A stretch of 64,000 nucleotides of DNA from Owenia fusiformis (taxonomy: Eukaryota), in contig CAIIXF020000001.1 of the NCBI GenBank assembly GCA_903813345.2, forward strand, positions 10,726,001 to 10,790,000, in the 5' to 3' direction. The position numbers and the translations under genes are program-made. The notes under the pieces were generated by a model. That model was not told where the DNA came from, searched no databases, and worked only from the letters and a program-made list of their open reading frames with translations. Positions 50,976 to 62,958 of this stretch are shown one piece after another; within the stretch, counting starts at the first letter, position 1; each line of letters opens with the position of its first letter.

Positions 50976-52409
50976 TTGTATCAATCATATAACAAGTATA
51001 AATGTAAGGTTTTTGTAGATGGTATTTTATCGGATACTTTTCCTGTTAATAGAGGTGTTCACCAGGGCGGGATATGTTCTATGTTTCTCTACCAGTTCTT
51101 TATAGCAGACCTTTTGCAACAACTGGTAGATTCGGCAAAAGGAGTAAGAATTGGTGAAACGTCTGTAGCATGTCCAGCATACGCTGATGATATTGCCTTA
51201 ATTGCAAACAATCCAGAAAATCTAAATGCTCTGTTGAGCATTGCTGACATGTATAGTAAAAGGTGGAGGTTTGAGTTTCATCCAGGAAAATGTGTAGTGC
51301 TTAAGTTTGGTACAAACAAAAATGCTTTTTGTGAATGCAAATTAGGAGAGAATATTCTAAAAGTAGAAAAATCTGCTATACATGTTGGCATACCTTTAGG
51401 CAAAAGCTCAGAGCATGTATCAAATTTGATTTCACGCAGTAAAAGAAAATTCTTTTCTCTGCTTGGTTTAGGAGCAAATGTAGGTAGCTTAAATCCTCTG
51501 CTAGCTTCCAAGTTATACTGGAGTTTTTGCTTCCCAACAATGACGTATGGCAGCTCTGTAACGCAATATTCAATAACCGAAATTGAGTCTATGGAGGATG
51601 CACATAGATCCATTGGCAAGAGAATACAAAGCTTCCTGGTAAATACCCCTGACCCGATGGCGATAAAACCACTCGGATGGCTTTCAGTTCAAGCGCGAAT
51701 CGATGTAGATCGCCTTATGTTCATCTGGTTCGTCTTATCGTTACCGGTACAATGTATTTATAAAATTGTATGCATTTATCGACTGTTGAGTATAATCCAC
51801 ATTGGAACCTATCGCTCAAGTAAATCTCCATTGGTCTCAATGTGGGAAACAACAATGAAATACGACCTACATGGGGACGTTTTGAATATGATAACTACTG
51901 CTAAGACACCACTCAAATGTGTCTGGAAGAGAAAAGTCATGAACGTTGTCCAGTCGTTTGAGATGAGACGCTTTTTCGTTCTTAGCTCCTTATATCCAAC
52001 ACTGAGACCAATTTTGAGATGTTTCACTGTTTTAAAACCATTTTTATGGTGGGAAGTTGCCAGGCGTTTTCCAAGACGCTTACCACAATGTAAAGTTATA
52101 ATGAAAATGATATCAGGAACATACAGGATATTTAATTACGGACAACCAATGTCTGAACGAGTATGCTTACTATGCAATTTAAATGTCACTGAAGACGTAC
52201 AGCATTTTTTACTATTGTGCCCAGCGTATATAGATATAAGATACAATCTATTTAGTGAATTATATAAACTAGGAGTCAACAACTTTTGTGAATTCATATG
52301 TTTCATTTTCGGTGGAGGGAGCGAATATGATCCTGAAATAATGCTTCCATTGCTGGACACGATATATGAAATGCACAAAAGAAGGGATTACCTTCTTAAA
52401 TCCTTGTAA
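50976..52409 (+). pseudogene. LINE reverse transcriptase ORF fragment (477 codons, uninterrupted)
   Basis: RT motifs QGG and YADD and a CCHC-type C-terminal motif; the endonuclease and N-terminal RT subdomains are missing. Confidence 0.9.
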
Positions 52410-53388
52410 ATAATAGCATTCTCTGACATATGAGCATATTAATTTTGCTCATCTAACATACATATAACTTGTAGTATTTTTCGTATATTTATTTTTGTAA
52501 CATATTTATGTATATGTACTCATCTTGTAGATGGTAAATAAAATAACATAACATAACATAACATAATACTGTCCTAATTGACTTATTTAGTCTCAGTGAC
52601 ATCCTTAACATCCTTATTTGTGGAAAACAACAGGATGATTTGAAAAGGTGTGAATACACGAGTTAATTGGTTTATCATATTAGAAAAGAACTGAATGTTT
52701 TATGTTTGGATTAAGAGAAAGGTGTGAATCAAGAAGATAAATGATTTATCATTATTGGAAATTACCTGGATGTTTTTGATTTGGATTAAGAGAAAGGTGA
52801 GAATCTGGGAGATAATTGGTTTATCCTTATTGTAAATTAACTGGATGTTTTTGATTTGGATTATGAACAGGTCTTAGATGTTTTATATCCCATGGGTCTG
52901 TTATGATAGCCAAGATTCAATCAGTAAATGTTTTATAATCATAAAGACAACACAGACACAATTGCAGACAAGATTTCACGAGAAAGAGAAAAAATTCAGC
53001 TTCGTATTATCCTATCACTAAAATGCCTCCTAAAAAGGGAGGATTATACATCGTCTCGAATGAACACTCATGAAAAATTCTTTTTACTTGAAAAGGATAT
53101 CTACTCAAATATTGTTAATGCTAAAAGTGCCAAAAAACAAACAACAATGAAGGACTTTTTCAAGCAAACGTAAAGCAGTGCTATATAACCATAATATGGG
53201 ATAAGTCATTTGAGAAGCATAAGATTTCGTAGGAGACTATCATATACTTATACTGTCAGTGTATTACAAATTTTTTGCCAAAATATAAGTTATTTTTACT
53301 AAAATAATGAAATTGTTCAAAATGTAAATAAAAATAGCATATAGGCTATAGGCCTATTGTAGAATAAACAGCATGTATTGTTTTCTTA

Positions 53389-53800
53389 GGAGAGGCATCA
53401 AAAGATCAATGTCTGATAGAAAACTAAATAAATCTAGTTTGGGGGGGGAGGGGGTCAAAGCTATTTCAGTTTGCTATCCGACAAATTTCAACATTTAAAT
53501 TTTTCGCAATTTCGACTCAAAATGCCTTGGAATGGTTTAAAAATAAAGACTTTACCAGATGCCTTCTTCACCAAGATGCATGCAACATGGAATATTATGC
53601 CTATTGTTGTTGGCACATGTTTTAAGAATCATAAATAAGTTATAGTACTGGCCCCATGAAAGTCCAAATTGAGTCGCTAAAACATGTGAAAAGTCCGCGA
53701 TCAACTTTCATTGTATTTAGTTTTGAGGGGGAGGGGGGGTCCAACTCAAAACTAGATTTATTTAGTTTCCTATCAGACATTGAACTTTTGATGCCTCCCC
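53389..53800. mobile_element. PIF/Harbinger-like MITE inside the pogo element
   Basis: TTA|GGAGAGGCATCAAAAGATCAATGTCTGATAG...CTATCAGACATTGAACTTTTGATGCCTCCCC|TTA; about 52-bp TIR, 3-bp TSD. Confidence 0.8.
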
Positions 53801-54296
53801 TTACTTAATATTAAGTGTTCAATATATAGTGGACTGAACAATGAAAACATCCTTGGCCCAAGAGTAATTCATTGCATTACATTATATGATATGAAAGCAG
53901 TGAAGGACCGATCTTGAAGGATGAATGAAAATGCCCCCGACCAACAAAATCCTGGAAATTTGAACACCTGCCAATTTGAACGCTTTTGGCTGGTCCCATG
54001 GGTGTTCGGATTAGACAGGTTTTACTGTAGCTCCAAATATTTAAAATTTTACTGAAGGCGTTGTTTCAAACTTTGCAAGAGAAGTGTAACATCGAGTGCT
54101 ACCGAGCCGAGTTAAGGAAACAACACCTGAGTGGAATGAATCAGTCAAAATACATTAAAAGAATATGTATTTAAGGAACTTTTTGCAAGGGTCAATCCAT
54201 CCAACACTTGTCCTACATAAGCACTTGGCTTGTTATTCCCTATGATACTATTTATAGATTTTTACTCGATCAACTGTGACATTAATCAGCTTATCG

Positions 54297-54964
54297 TGTG
54301 CAGTATGGCAAGTGATTTTAGACAGTCATATCTTTCACCATGTGTACTTTCTGGCCATAAATACAGTGTTTTTTATTAAAACAATATGTTTTCTTTCAAG
54401 TCGAAGTCCCCATAATAGTAAAATATCAATCTAACTCTATGATAAATTATGGATTAGGGCCCAACCTTGGCGCTTTTTAAAAAATATATCGAAAAACATT
54501 ACAAAAACATATCGAAAGTCTCCTCTACACTATATTAACAATTTCTGAAAAGGGATCGATGGGTATTGAAATGCGTTAAGTTAAAAACCACATATCCCAT
54601 GTTATTTTCCCATAGGGAAAACTCGTATGTCTATTGTTTTCAGCAATTGATATCTTCAAAACTAAACTTTCAATACCATTCTAATTTTGAAGATGTTTTA
54701 GAGCCCTTGTTGAATAATCTTTTGATGCAATAAAAATCAGAAAAAGAAGATCCTCTTTTGTTTAAATAGGCTCAATACTGTGAAAAAATGTTGACATGGG
54801 GTCCCCATTCATAATTTTTCGAATTGTTCGATTGATCTTTTTATCATCATGGGTACTTCACTTGAAAGAAAACATATTGTTTTAATAAAAAACACTGTTT
54901 TTATGCCCAAAAAGTACTCATGGTGAAAGATATGACCGTCTAAAATTACTTGCCATACTGCACA
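54297..54964. mobile_element. Foldback/MITE with about 150-bp inverted arms
   Basis: TGTGCAGTATGGCAAGTGATTTTAGAC... versus ...GTCTAAAATTACTTGCCATACTGCACA. Confidence 0.7.
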
Positions 54965-55667
54965 TGGTCTTTTAGAACCTCTCTGGTGCAGTCTGAACAT
55001 ATCTCAGCACAACATCCCCAATAATAAAAACAAGAAAATTGTGCTTTTATGAAAATAGCTTGACTTTGACTAAAAAACGTTGACTAAAATTTTACTAAAA
55101 TATACATTTCACACTTATTCTTCAAAGAATATTTCCGAAATAAAATATAGTTTATTTATGTGTCGCAAGCAATAAATAATACATTTGAATGTTTTTTAAT
55201 AAAATTAAAAACATTGCTTGATGTAGACTAGATAATGACATAGTATCATTTCTGTCATTATTACATTTTGGCTTTACTTAGCTCTCAAGAGCTTTCAATT
55301 TTAGGATCGGTTTTAAATCTAAAAAATTCTGGGAAAAGGGGGGGGGGGTCGCCCCAACGGCCTTCCCAGGCCCTTTTGACGGCCCGAGGTTGCGCCTGAG
55401 AAATCCAAGCCATATGCACCAATGCCACCACAGATGGCAGAGTTTTTCTTAGGAAATTCATCCTAAATAAATAGTAAATGGAGTATTTCTTTATGTATTT
55501 CCTAAGCAAAATTCTGTCATCTTTGTGAATGCCACATTCAGTGTATCCTATTTCTTGAAAATTGAAGAGTGCTAAAATTGCGAACACAACACAAAATTAC
55601 TAACGTTTGCTTTTTAACGGAACAAGTTCGAAGTCTGTGGGGTCAAAGTTCACAAAGAAAAGAAAAC

Positions 55668-55711
55668 ATGCCAGGTGAAGAAAGATTGTCTACTAAAAAC
55701 CCTCTTGCAAG
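55668..55711 (+). CDS. Thioesterase-like gene, probable shared exon 1 (MPGEERLSTKNPLAR)
   Basis: AAACATG start context, AAG|GTACGT donor; phase 2 matches the next exon. Confidence 0.55.
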
Positions 55712-56082
55712 GTACGTAAGACTTGATTTATAAATGTACGTTGTGTTGGCGTTAAAATGATACGTGCTTTTTTTACTACATGCCATTGATTTAAGCAAGT
55801 TCAGCGTTGTAGATATGAATATTGAAAATATTTGGCTGCAAAGTTCAACAAAAATTTTGATATTTTCTTCAAATCAAAAGTTCACGTTAATTTCATCAAA
55901 TATTCTCTTATGTAATGAGACATAGTCAAAGTTAGTTTTATAACTTTGACGGTCTTTATGTATTATGATCCAGTGTCAGCCTAGAATGATAAATGCATGG
56001 GAGGCCATCGTGTGTAAGTCACCCCTCCCTATTATCCCGTGCCAGGACTATAGTCCTGAACCGAGCGCAATCTTTTGCCTTT

Positions 56083-56496
56083 ACGATTACAACTTGGGAG
56101 AATTATCTACGCCCCTTACACTTAAGATACCTATCTTAATGTATTATAGAACTCAAAATATAACTTCTAATATATTGGAACCGCCGATTGTCTGGGTATA
56201 TCGGCAGAACGGGAACATTTTTCTTTTTCATCGAGATTCCATCACTTTTCAAGATGGCTGTTGGATTTAAAAGGGGATTCCCAGAAGTGGCTAGGAAGTA
56301 CCAATAAATGGAGGAATTTGACGGTTGAAATAAGTTAAATATTACACGCAAACATTGCGATCAAAAATGAAATTTCTTCGTTCTGCCGATAAACCCAGAC
56401 AACTACACGAAATGCATGCTAAAATACCAAGGAATCTATTGAAGTAGGTATCTTAAGTTTAAGGGGCATGGATAATTCTCCCAAGTTGTAATCTTA
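56083..56496. mobile_element. MITE with about 57-bp inverted arms in thioesterase intron 1
   Basis: GATTACAACTTGGGAGAATTATC...CTTAAGATACCTA versus TAGGTATCTTAAG...GATAATTCTCCCAAGTTGTAATC. Confidence 0.65.
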
Positions 56497-56750
56497 CAGG
56501 CCTATAGACCTATATTAGCCTATGCAAAAAATATTAGAGGGGGGGGGGGGGGGTGGGTGGTGCAAATATTTGCAAATATCTGCATGCTTAAGCTCCACTT
56601 AATGTCCTGTACTTGGCAATATTCAAAGTCATTCTTTAAGAAAATATATTTACATATCAGATATATACAAAAGGTTTGTATCAAGGAGAAATGAACATAC
56701 CAGTATGATGCATAAAAGAAAGATTATTAGGAAAAATTGTATGCTTTTAG

Positions 56751-56842
56751 GAGGTTCAACTTGCAAGTGAAAATGAATCCTGAGAAAACCAGGGCAGAAG
56801 TCATTCTACCAGGTCTTTCCTACGATGACTTTGACAGAACAG
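56751..56842 (+). CDS. Thioesterase-like gene, shared exon 2 (RFNLQVKMNPEKTRAEVILPGLSYDDFDRTG)
   Basis: CTTTTAG acceptor, CAG|GTAATG donor (phase 1). Encodes the first-hotdog Y-D-x-D-x-x-G motif that all three downstream ORFs lack. Confidence 0.75.
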
Positions 56843-57852
56843 GTAATGGCACAAGGAATTTTAAGAAAAACATTTTCAACATTTTATGAAAAATGATCCT
56901 AATATTCACACATAGCTAGGCAAGGTGTGTCAGATTCCAGACAATCCAAACAGAGTATTCACATAATGAACAATGTGTGAAATATCAACAACACATGCAA
57001 GGTCACTAGTTAAACAGTTGTCATGGGGATGGATGGATTTTTCACATTGGATTTGATGACTTACCAACTTGACTCTTGCAAAAAATTTAATTAAAATGTG
57101 TTCTTATTTTGGGCTTAAATCCTTAAATATTTTGAAAAATCACATTTAGCTGGACATGCACTTTCTGACCAATGAGAACAATGTTTAACCATGTGTAATA
57201 TGAAATGATAGTCAGTGTGTATGGCTTTTTTTTGCTTTACAATATATGTGGGTGTGACAACTAACATTTTATTTTACAAAAAGCTCAACATTTGAAATTA
57301 AGTTGAAAAGTTTCGCAGAGCTCATTTTGATTTGGCCTTGGGTGTATTAGAGAAGTATATTGCAATGCAGTTATATGAAAAAGCATGTTCTGATTGGCTG
57401 AAGTTTGACACACCTTGCCTAGGTACATGCAAATAGGTTATTTCTGATCAGACATAAGGGATAGTATTCAGATGGTGACAGTTGTGGAAAACAAAGGTAA
57501 GATAATAATTAACCCCTCCCACTCCCTTTTGATATTGATTTGCCTTTCACTTCATTTTTTCAAAATTCAAAATTTCCAAAAATCATAATTTACCACTTCC
57601 CTTTAAAATGATTGACCCTGCTACTTGACCAATGTTGATATCTGGACAGCATTCCTAACTGAGGGGTTTCACTAGAATTTCTCACAACAGGCTAAATAAA
57701 TAAAAACAACACGCAAAATTAATGGAAATCATAAATTTAACATGGAAAAGTTCCTAAAAACAACAGGCGATTTTGTGAAAACAACCAATGAAAATCGCCT
57801 GTTGCCAGCTGCTAATGAAACCCCTGCTAACTGTGCATAAATTGGCTTCCAG

Positions 57853-58601
57853 GTAATGTGAGTATATGGAAGATCTCAAAGCTGTTTGAAAGTGCAAGGC
57901 TCCTCGTCTCATTGTCTGGCAATTACCTTGACTTTCATAAATTGATGGCAAATGATGGAACAATGTTTATCCGGTCTGGACATTACATAATATCTGATGT
58001 ATTATACCAATCAGCAGCTATCAACTGGCCCCTCAAGGCTACGACCAGTCTATCGTTCATTGGACGCACATCCACTAACCTCACAATTGAAATACGGGAA
58101 CAGTTGACCAATCAACATGTCGGAAGTCTCGAGTTCCAGTATGTTTATGTGAATCGCACAAATCGTAAATCGCAAGCTTTTCCTGATTGGTTCATCCAGA
58201 AGTACAGGCCACTTACAACTCTGGAAACAAGGCCTGATACGATGGCACCGTTATCACTACCAAGCAAAACATTTTCTTATGATGTCACTGTTCAATATAG
58301 CGACACTGACCGAAATGGGCATACAAACCAATCATCTTACTTAAAATATGGAATGGACGCAGCAACGAGTGCCTCCTTAGGGGGTGAATTCCATAACTTC
58401 AAACAAGACATGTGTATGTACCATGTCCAAGACTTCCAAGCTCTATATACAGGGGAAAGTCTGGTTAAAGATCAACTTGTTATACATACATGGGAAGATG
58501 GAACAAGAAAAGATTTACTGTTCTTTCAAATTCACAAAAATAACCGAGCAATATTTCACTGTAGGCTTACTCTTTGTAATCCAGCTTCAGCAAAGTTATA
58601 A
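57853..58601 (+). CDS. Double-hotdog acyl-ACP/acyl-CoA thioesterase-like, terminal exon 3A (ends -AKL, PTS1)
   Basis: CTTCCAG acceptor, phase 1. Motifs YVYVNRTNRKSQAFPDWF, VQYSDTDRNGHTNQSSY, YTGES. AATAAA at 58687 and 58795. Confidence 0.85.
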
Positions 58602-59885
58602 TTTGAATGACCAACTTCAAAAGTCATTGAGATGTGACTATTTCGTAAATTTATAAGAACATTCCAACAATTTCTATTTATAATTAAATAAATCAGAGGA
58701 CAGGCAGTCTGAACACTGTAACTTATTTGTGGAAATGCATTTCTTGCATTATTGCAAGCCAAACAAGTCGAACAAACATACAGTTTGGACCATAAATAAA
58801 TGAGTAGTCGATTTTCTTTCACAATTTAATTTCCAAACCATGGTCATTTTAAAGCCCATAGTTTCCAATATTGTCTAAATACATATCCCCTAAAATTTAT
58901 ATATTTTACAATTTGTATACTCTCATTCACTGATGTATGGCTTCTATTTTTAACATGAGAAATCTACAGCAAATCCATGACTCATTTATTCATGCTCCAG
59001 ACTGTATATGTAATATTGCAATTGAGGAATCAAAATGTGGGTCTTTCAAAGGAGATTTGAATGGGCAAGTAGTGCTGACTGTAATTTGTTTAATGTTGAG
59101 GATTTAACAGTTAGAAGAATCTAGTTACATTACATACAGGAATTAAATTGTTATTTTGTTCGTGAAAATATAGTTTTTAACTGAAGTTCAAGTTGATGGC
59201 TTATCACCATTTTCTAATTCTGATAATATGGGGAGAAGGGAACTTTGTTTTTACTATTGTCAACACTTGAACATCATCCCTTACAGGTCCATACTAGCAC
59301 ATAAAGTTAGATCTAATCACATTGCTGGTCCAATCTTCATACAGCAAACTATACTTTATAAACTACACATGGGTGTCAGAAAATATAACTTGAATTGGTC
59401 AATATACAATGTACCGATATATTGCCATTGCCACTAGACCCACATTTTGATTTATTTGACATTGTTGAGATAAGTAGCTCAGAATAATTTATCTTTCTTG
59501 TCTAAGTTATCAGTAATTTTGACATAGCCTACACAACATATATAGAATATATACAGAGTTTTTCAAACTGTACAATGTTTTCTGAAACAAAGTCCATGTG
59601 TTCAACTTTTCACACCTTTGCATGTTTTACTGTCTGTCACTTTGAACAAAACTTAAAATACATTCCACATGTTATAGTAATTAATAATGTACATTGTATA
59701 CATTATTTGTAAATATTAATGGAGTCATATTCCATATGTGCCAAAGCATTTGTTGTTTTAATAAATTCAGTCAAGTACTAGTTGATAAAATTATGTTAAT
59801 TTTACATGCGGATAATTACATGCACATACTAATGCTATCTAGAAGCATCAATAATCAGAATGATTTTGCAGGATGTAATTACCTA

Positions 59886-60245
59886 GAATGATGTGCAGGA
59901 TATATCACTCAGAATGATTGTGCAGGATGTATCATTTAGAATAATTGTGCAGACTGTATCATTAAGAATGATTGTGCAACATGTATCACTTAGAATGATT
60001 GTTCATCATGTATCACTTAGAATGATTGTGCAACATGTATCACTTAGATTTGTGCAGTATTTATCTCTTGGAATGATTGTACAGTTTGCTTCACTCAGAA
60101 TAATCGTGCAGCATAAATCACTCAAAATGATTATACAGCATCTTTCAGAATGATTGTGTAACAGGCATCACCCAGAAAGATTGTGCAGCATGTATGGTTT
60201 ACAATAATTGTGCTGCATGCAACACTCAAACTGATTATGCAGCAA
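59886..60245. repeat. Minisatellite, about 27-bp unit, about 13 degenerate copies
   Basis: AGAATGATTGTGCAACATGTATCACTT repeated in tandem; accounts for the spurious ORF 59893-60153. Confidence 0.9.
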
Positions 60246-60419
60246 GTACGATAGATTACTTCAAAAAATAGTTTGTAATTTTAGGATGAAAATTATCTGT
60301 TTTTATACAGCACCTTTAACATTGAACAGGTTTTTCTATACTTTCAACTGGTAAATCATGTGTTTACATTACATATATACCATTACAGTAACATCAGTTA
60401 ACAACTTGTCTTCTTCCAG

Positions 60420-61171
60420 GAAATGTTAGTCTAACTAAGCTACTAGCAAGAATTTCTTCAACTCAAATGCTGTTTGAGCTTGGCAATGAGCACAGTGATT
60501 TCTGGATGCTAATCAACTCATCGCCAGCTCTGTTTTTTGTGAGGTCGATGAAATACAGGATAAACGAGGAATTGTATTCCATGAAAAAACATGGTCCAGA
60601 TCATACATTTGTGTGTATATGGCAAGCTATATCCACTGGCATTTCCTCCAGATATCTTCGATATGACCTCACTTTAAATGGAAAGGAAATGGTTACTCTA
60701 TTCGGCCAGGATGTTTATGTTTCTAAGGAAACCAAACGCCCCACCCGATTGCCCGAGTGGTATAGAAACAAGGTGAAAACAGCAAATGGAACTGCGAAAA
60801 GGAATATGGCCCAGTTGATTAGGCCCATTCAAGCTTTCCAGTACAACATGGTTGTGACTCCTTCAGATATTGATATGTATAATCACGTAACAAATTCAGC
60901 ATATATTAGGTATTGTCTTGATGCTGGCTATCAAGCAGGAATATCAGGATTTTATAGAAATCTCCCCGGAGATATTGCCCAATACCGCTGCAAGGAGATT
61001 GAACAACTTTATGATGGGGAGAGTAACCTTGGGGAGGAACTATGTGTTTATACATGGGACACTGAAGAAGAAAAGGATACATTGTATTTCCAAATAGCCA
61101 ATGAGAAAGGACGTCCAATTCATCATTGCATTTTAAGATTTTATCAAGGAAGAGCTTCAAGTAAACTCTGA
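60420..61171 (+). CDS. Double-hotdog thioesterase-like, terminal exon 3B (ends -SKL, PTS1)
   Basis: TTCTTCCAG acceptor, phase 1, reads GNVSLTKLL.... Motifs VYVSKETKRPTRLPEW, VTPSDIDMYNHVTNSAY, YDGES. Confidence 0.85.
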
Positions 61172-61261
61172 AACAAACTAGGTCAGTTTCACTCCCTTTT
61201 CAAAGTATGTATGTGAAAGATGCAGAGTACCAAGATTAACTTTTTATGACTGATCAAAGTA

Positions 61262-62272
61262 CAGGGTGGTCCAAAAAAAGTGAACCCCTGCAACAAGCTA
61301 TATTTTTCTTAATACATGCATGAAAACACATTTCATATTATCACATGTTGAAGAGAAAGGTCTAAAATTTGGTTGATGCCATAATCTATTCTCAGTCTTA
61401 AATTTTGAAGAAATTACAAAAGTGTAACAAACATGCCTGAAAATTAGATATTGTACAAAATTTTACAAATGTGATTCTTGGAAATTTTTGAAACACATTG
61501 GATGATCTTAAACAGCTTTCAGTTAGAGATACAAGTTTAAAACCCTACCATTTGACAAAAGGGACACTATTTAAGCAGAAAACACATTTCACACTTTCAT
61601 TGATCATTTTGAAGCAGTTTTAACTGTTTAACAGTTCAGGGGTATGTTACCGACACCAACAGTTAGAGGGGGGGGGGGGGGCTCTTATCTTATGGAAGGA
61701 ATTTGCCCCCTGTGACCAGGAATCTGATAATCCCTTCATCAAATATCTTTAAAAAATCAAAAGAAAATCCAATTTCTAATGTTTTGAGCCATACTTAATT
61801 AGAATTGGTCCATGATTTATGAAGATATTGACATTTCAAGATCATATAGGGGTATGCTCGCGATTTCACAGGAAAATGTTTTCATCTGTGGAAGCTTGGC
61901 ACATTTCTTTGGATCACAATAACTTTGCAACAAACAAAGGTAGGATGCTAGTTTTAAGCCATAATGTGCAGGATTTAAAATTGAACAAAGTCAGAAAATA
62001 TTAGTTCTTTAAGACTGCAGCTTAAAAAATTCTCATGGGAAAGGTGTTGAAGGGTTGAAGAATCGCGGATATTGAAAATCACATTTTATCCATTTTCAGT
62101 AATATTTGGTTAGGGCTTATAATTTCTGCAAATTTTAAGACTAAGAAAAATGTATGGAACCAACATAAATTTTAGACCTTCCTCTACAACATAGGAAAAT
62201 AAAAAAGAATTCCTGCAAGTAATCAGGGAAATATGGCCCGTTGCAGGGGTTCACTTTTTTTGGACCACCCTG
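61262..62272. mobile_element. Tc1/mariner-type MITE
   Basis: TA|CAGGGTGGTCCAAAAAAAGTGAACCCCTGCAAC...GTTGCAGGGGTTCACTTTTTTTGGACCACCCTG|TA; the same terminus also occurs near 34702-34721. Confidence 0.85.
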
Positions 62273-62958
62273 TATACAACATAATCCCTCTAGTTAGTTC
62301 ACAGTTACAATGAGTGATCATGTGACTTTTATGATGAATATGGTCCCAAGAAAACATGAAGTTAAATGCATTCGTTTTGATTATCTCCACAACAAAATGA
62401 CGATTGATGATTGTATTTAGTGCAGAGGAAGAAATACTGAGCTGTAGAGTATGTAAAACTTAGTGAACAGCAAAAAAGATTATCTGCAGTATTTTTTCTA
62501 GATTTTTTGGATATGTGCTAATTGGAATCTCCTAATAGCTTTCCCTTTTAGAGAGAATATGGTATTCAAAATATATACCAATAACATTTTTTATTAATTA
62601 CTTTTGTACATTCTTAACTTGATGTCTTTCATGAAAACTCTCTATTCCATGATCAGATTGTTTGTGCAGGTCAGTGGTCTTTGACATATTTCTATACACA
62701 TATTTTAATGAATGCTTAAGCCTTGGTCACATTTACTCTATAGTGGGCATGGAGTGGCAGCTTCACAAAATTGATATTGAAAACCCACATTATACTGCTT
62801 ATCCCTATATTTTATGCTGCATATTTTCTCAATTTTTGGAAGCTATGGTTGCCATACCATATGGTTGCTGTAGATCAGATGTTACTGAGACATTGGTTGA
62901 TTTATGTTAACTTGATAATTATTTTTAAATTATTTTGTTAATTTCTCATGTTCTTCAG

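Larger units (their letters stand above)
50113..52565 (+). mobile_element. 5'-truncated non-LTR retrotransposon (LINE; CR1/L2/RTEX-like) with RT ORF and (AACAT)n tail
   Basis: KKAFDSTWIRGLFHKLYNCGIN at ~50115-50181 continues after the MITE into ORF 50976-52409 (GVHQGG, YADDIAL, HPGKC, C-terminal CLLC..EDVQHFLLLC zinc knuckle). AATAAA and AACAT repeats at ~52537-52565. Confidence 0.9.
49821..54027 (+). mobile_element. pogo/Tigger-like DNA transposon remnant hosting nested insertions
   Basis: TA|CAGTAAAACCTGTATATCTGAACACC...GGTGTTCGGATTAGACAGGTTTTACTG|TA with subterminal GAACAC repeats. Residual ORF 52928-53173 ends KKQTTMKDFFK, a PIP-box typical of pogo transposase C-termini. Confidence 0.8.

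Noticed and set aside
59893-60153. Repetitive ORF (SLRMIVQHV)n
   Set aside because: Product of a 27-bp minisatellite, with no splice or homology support.
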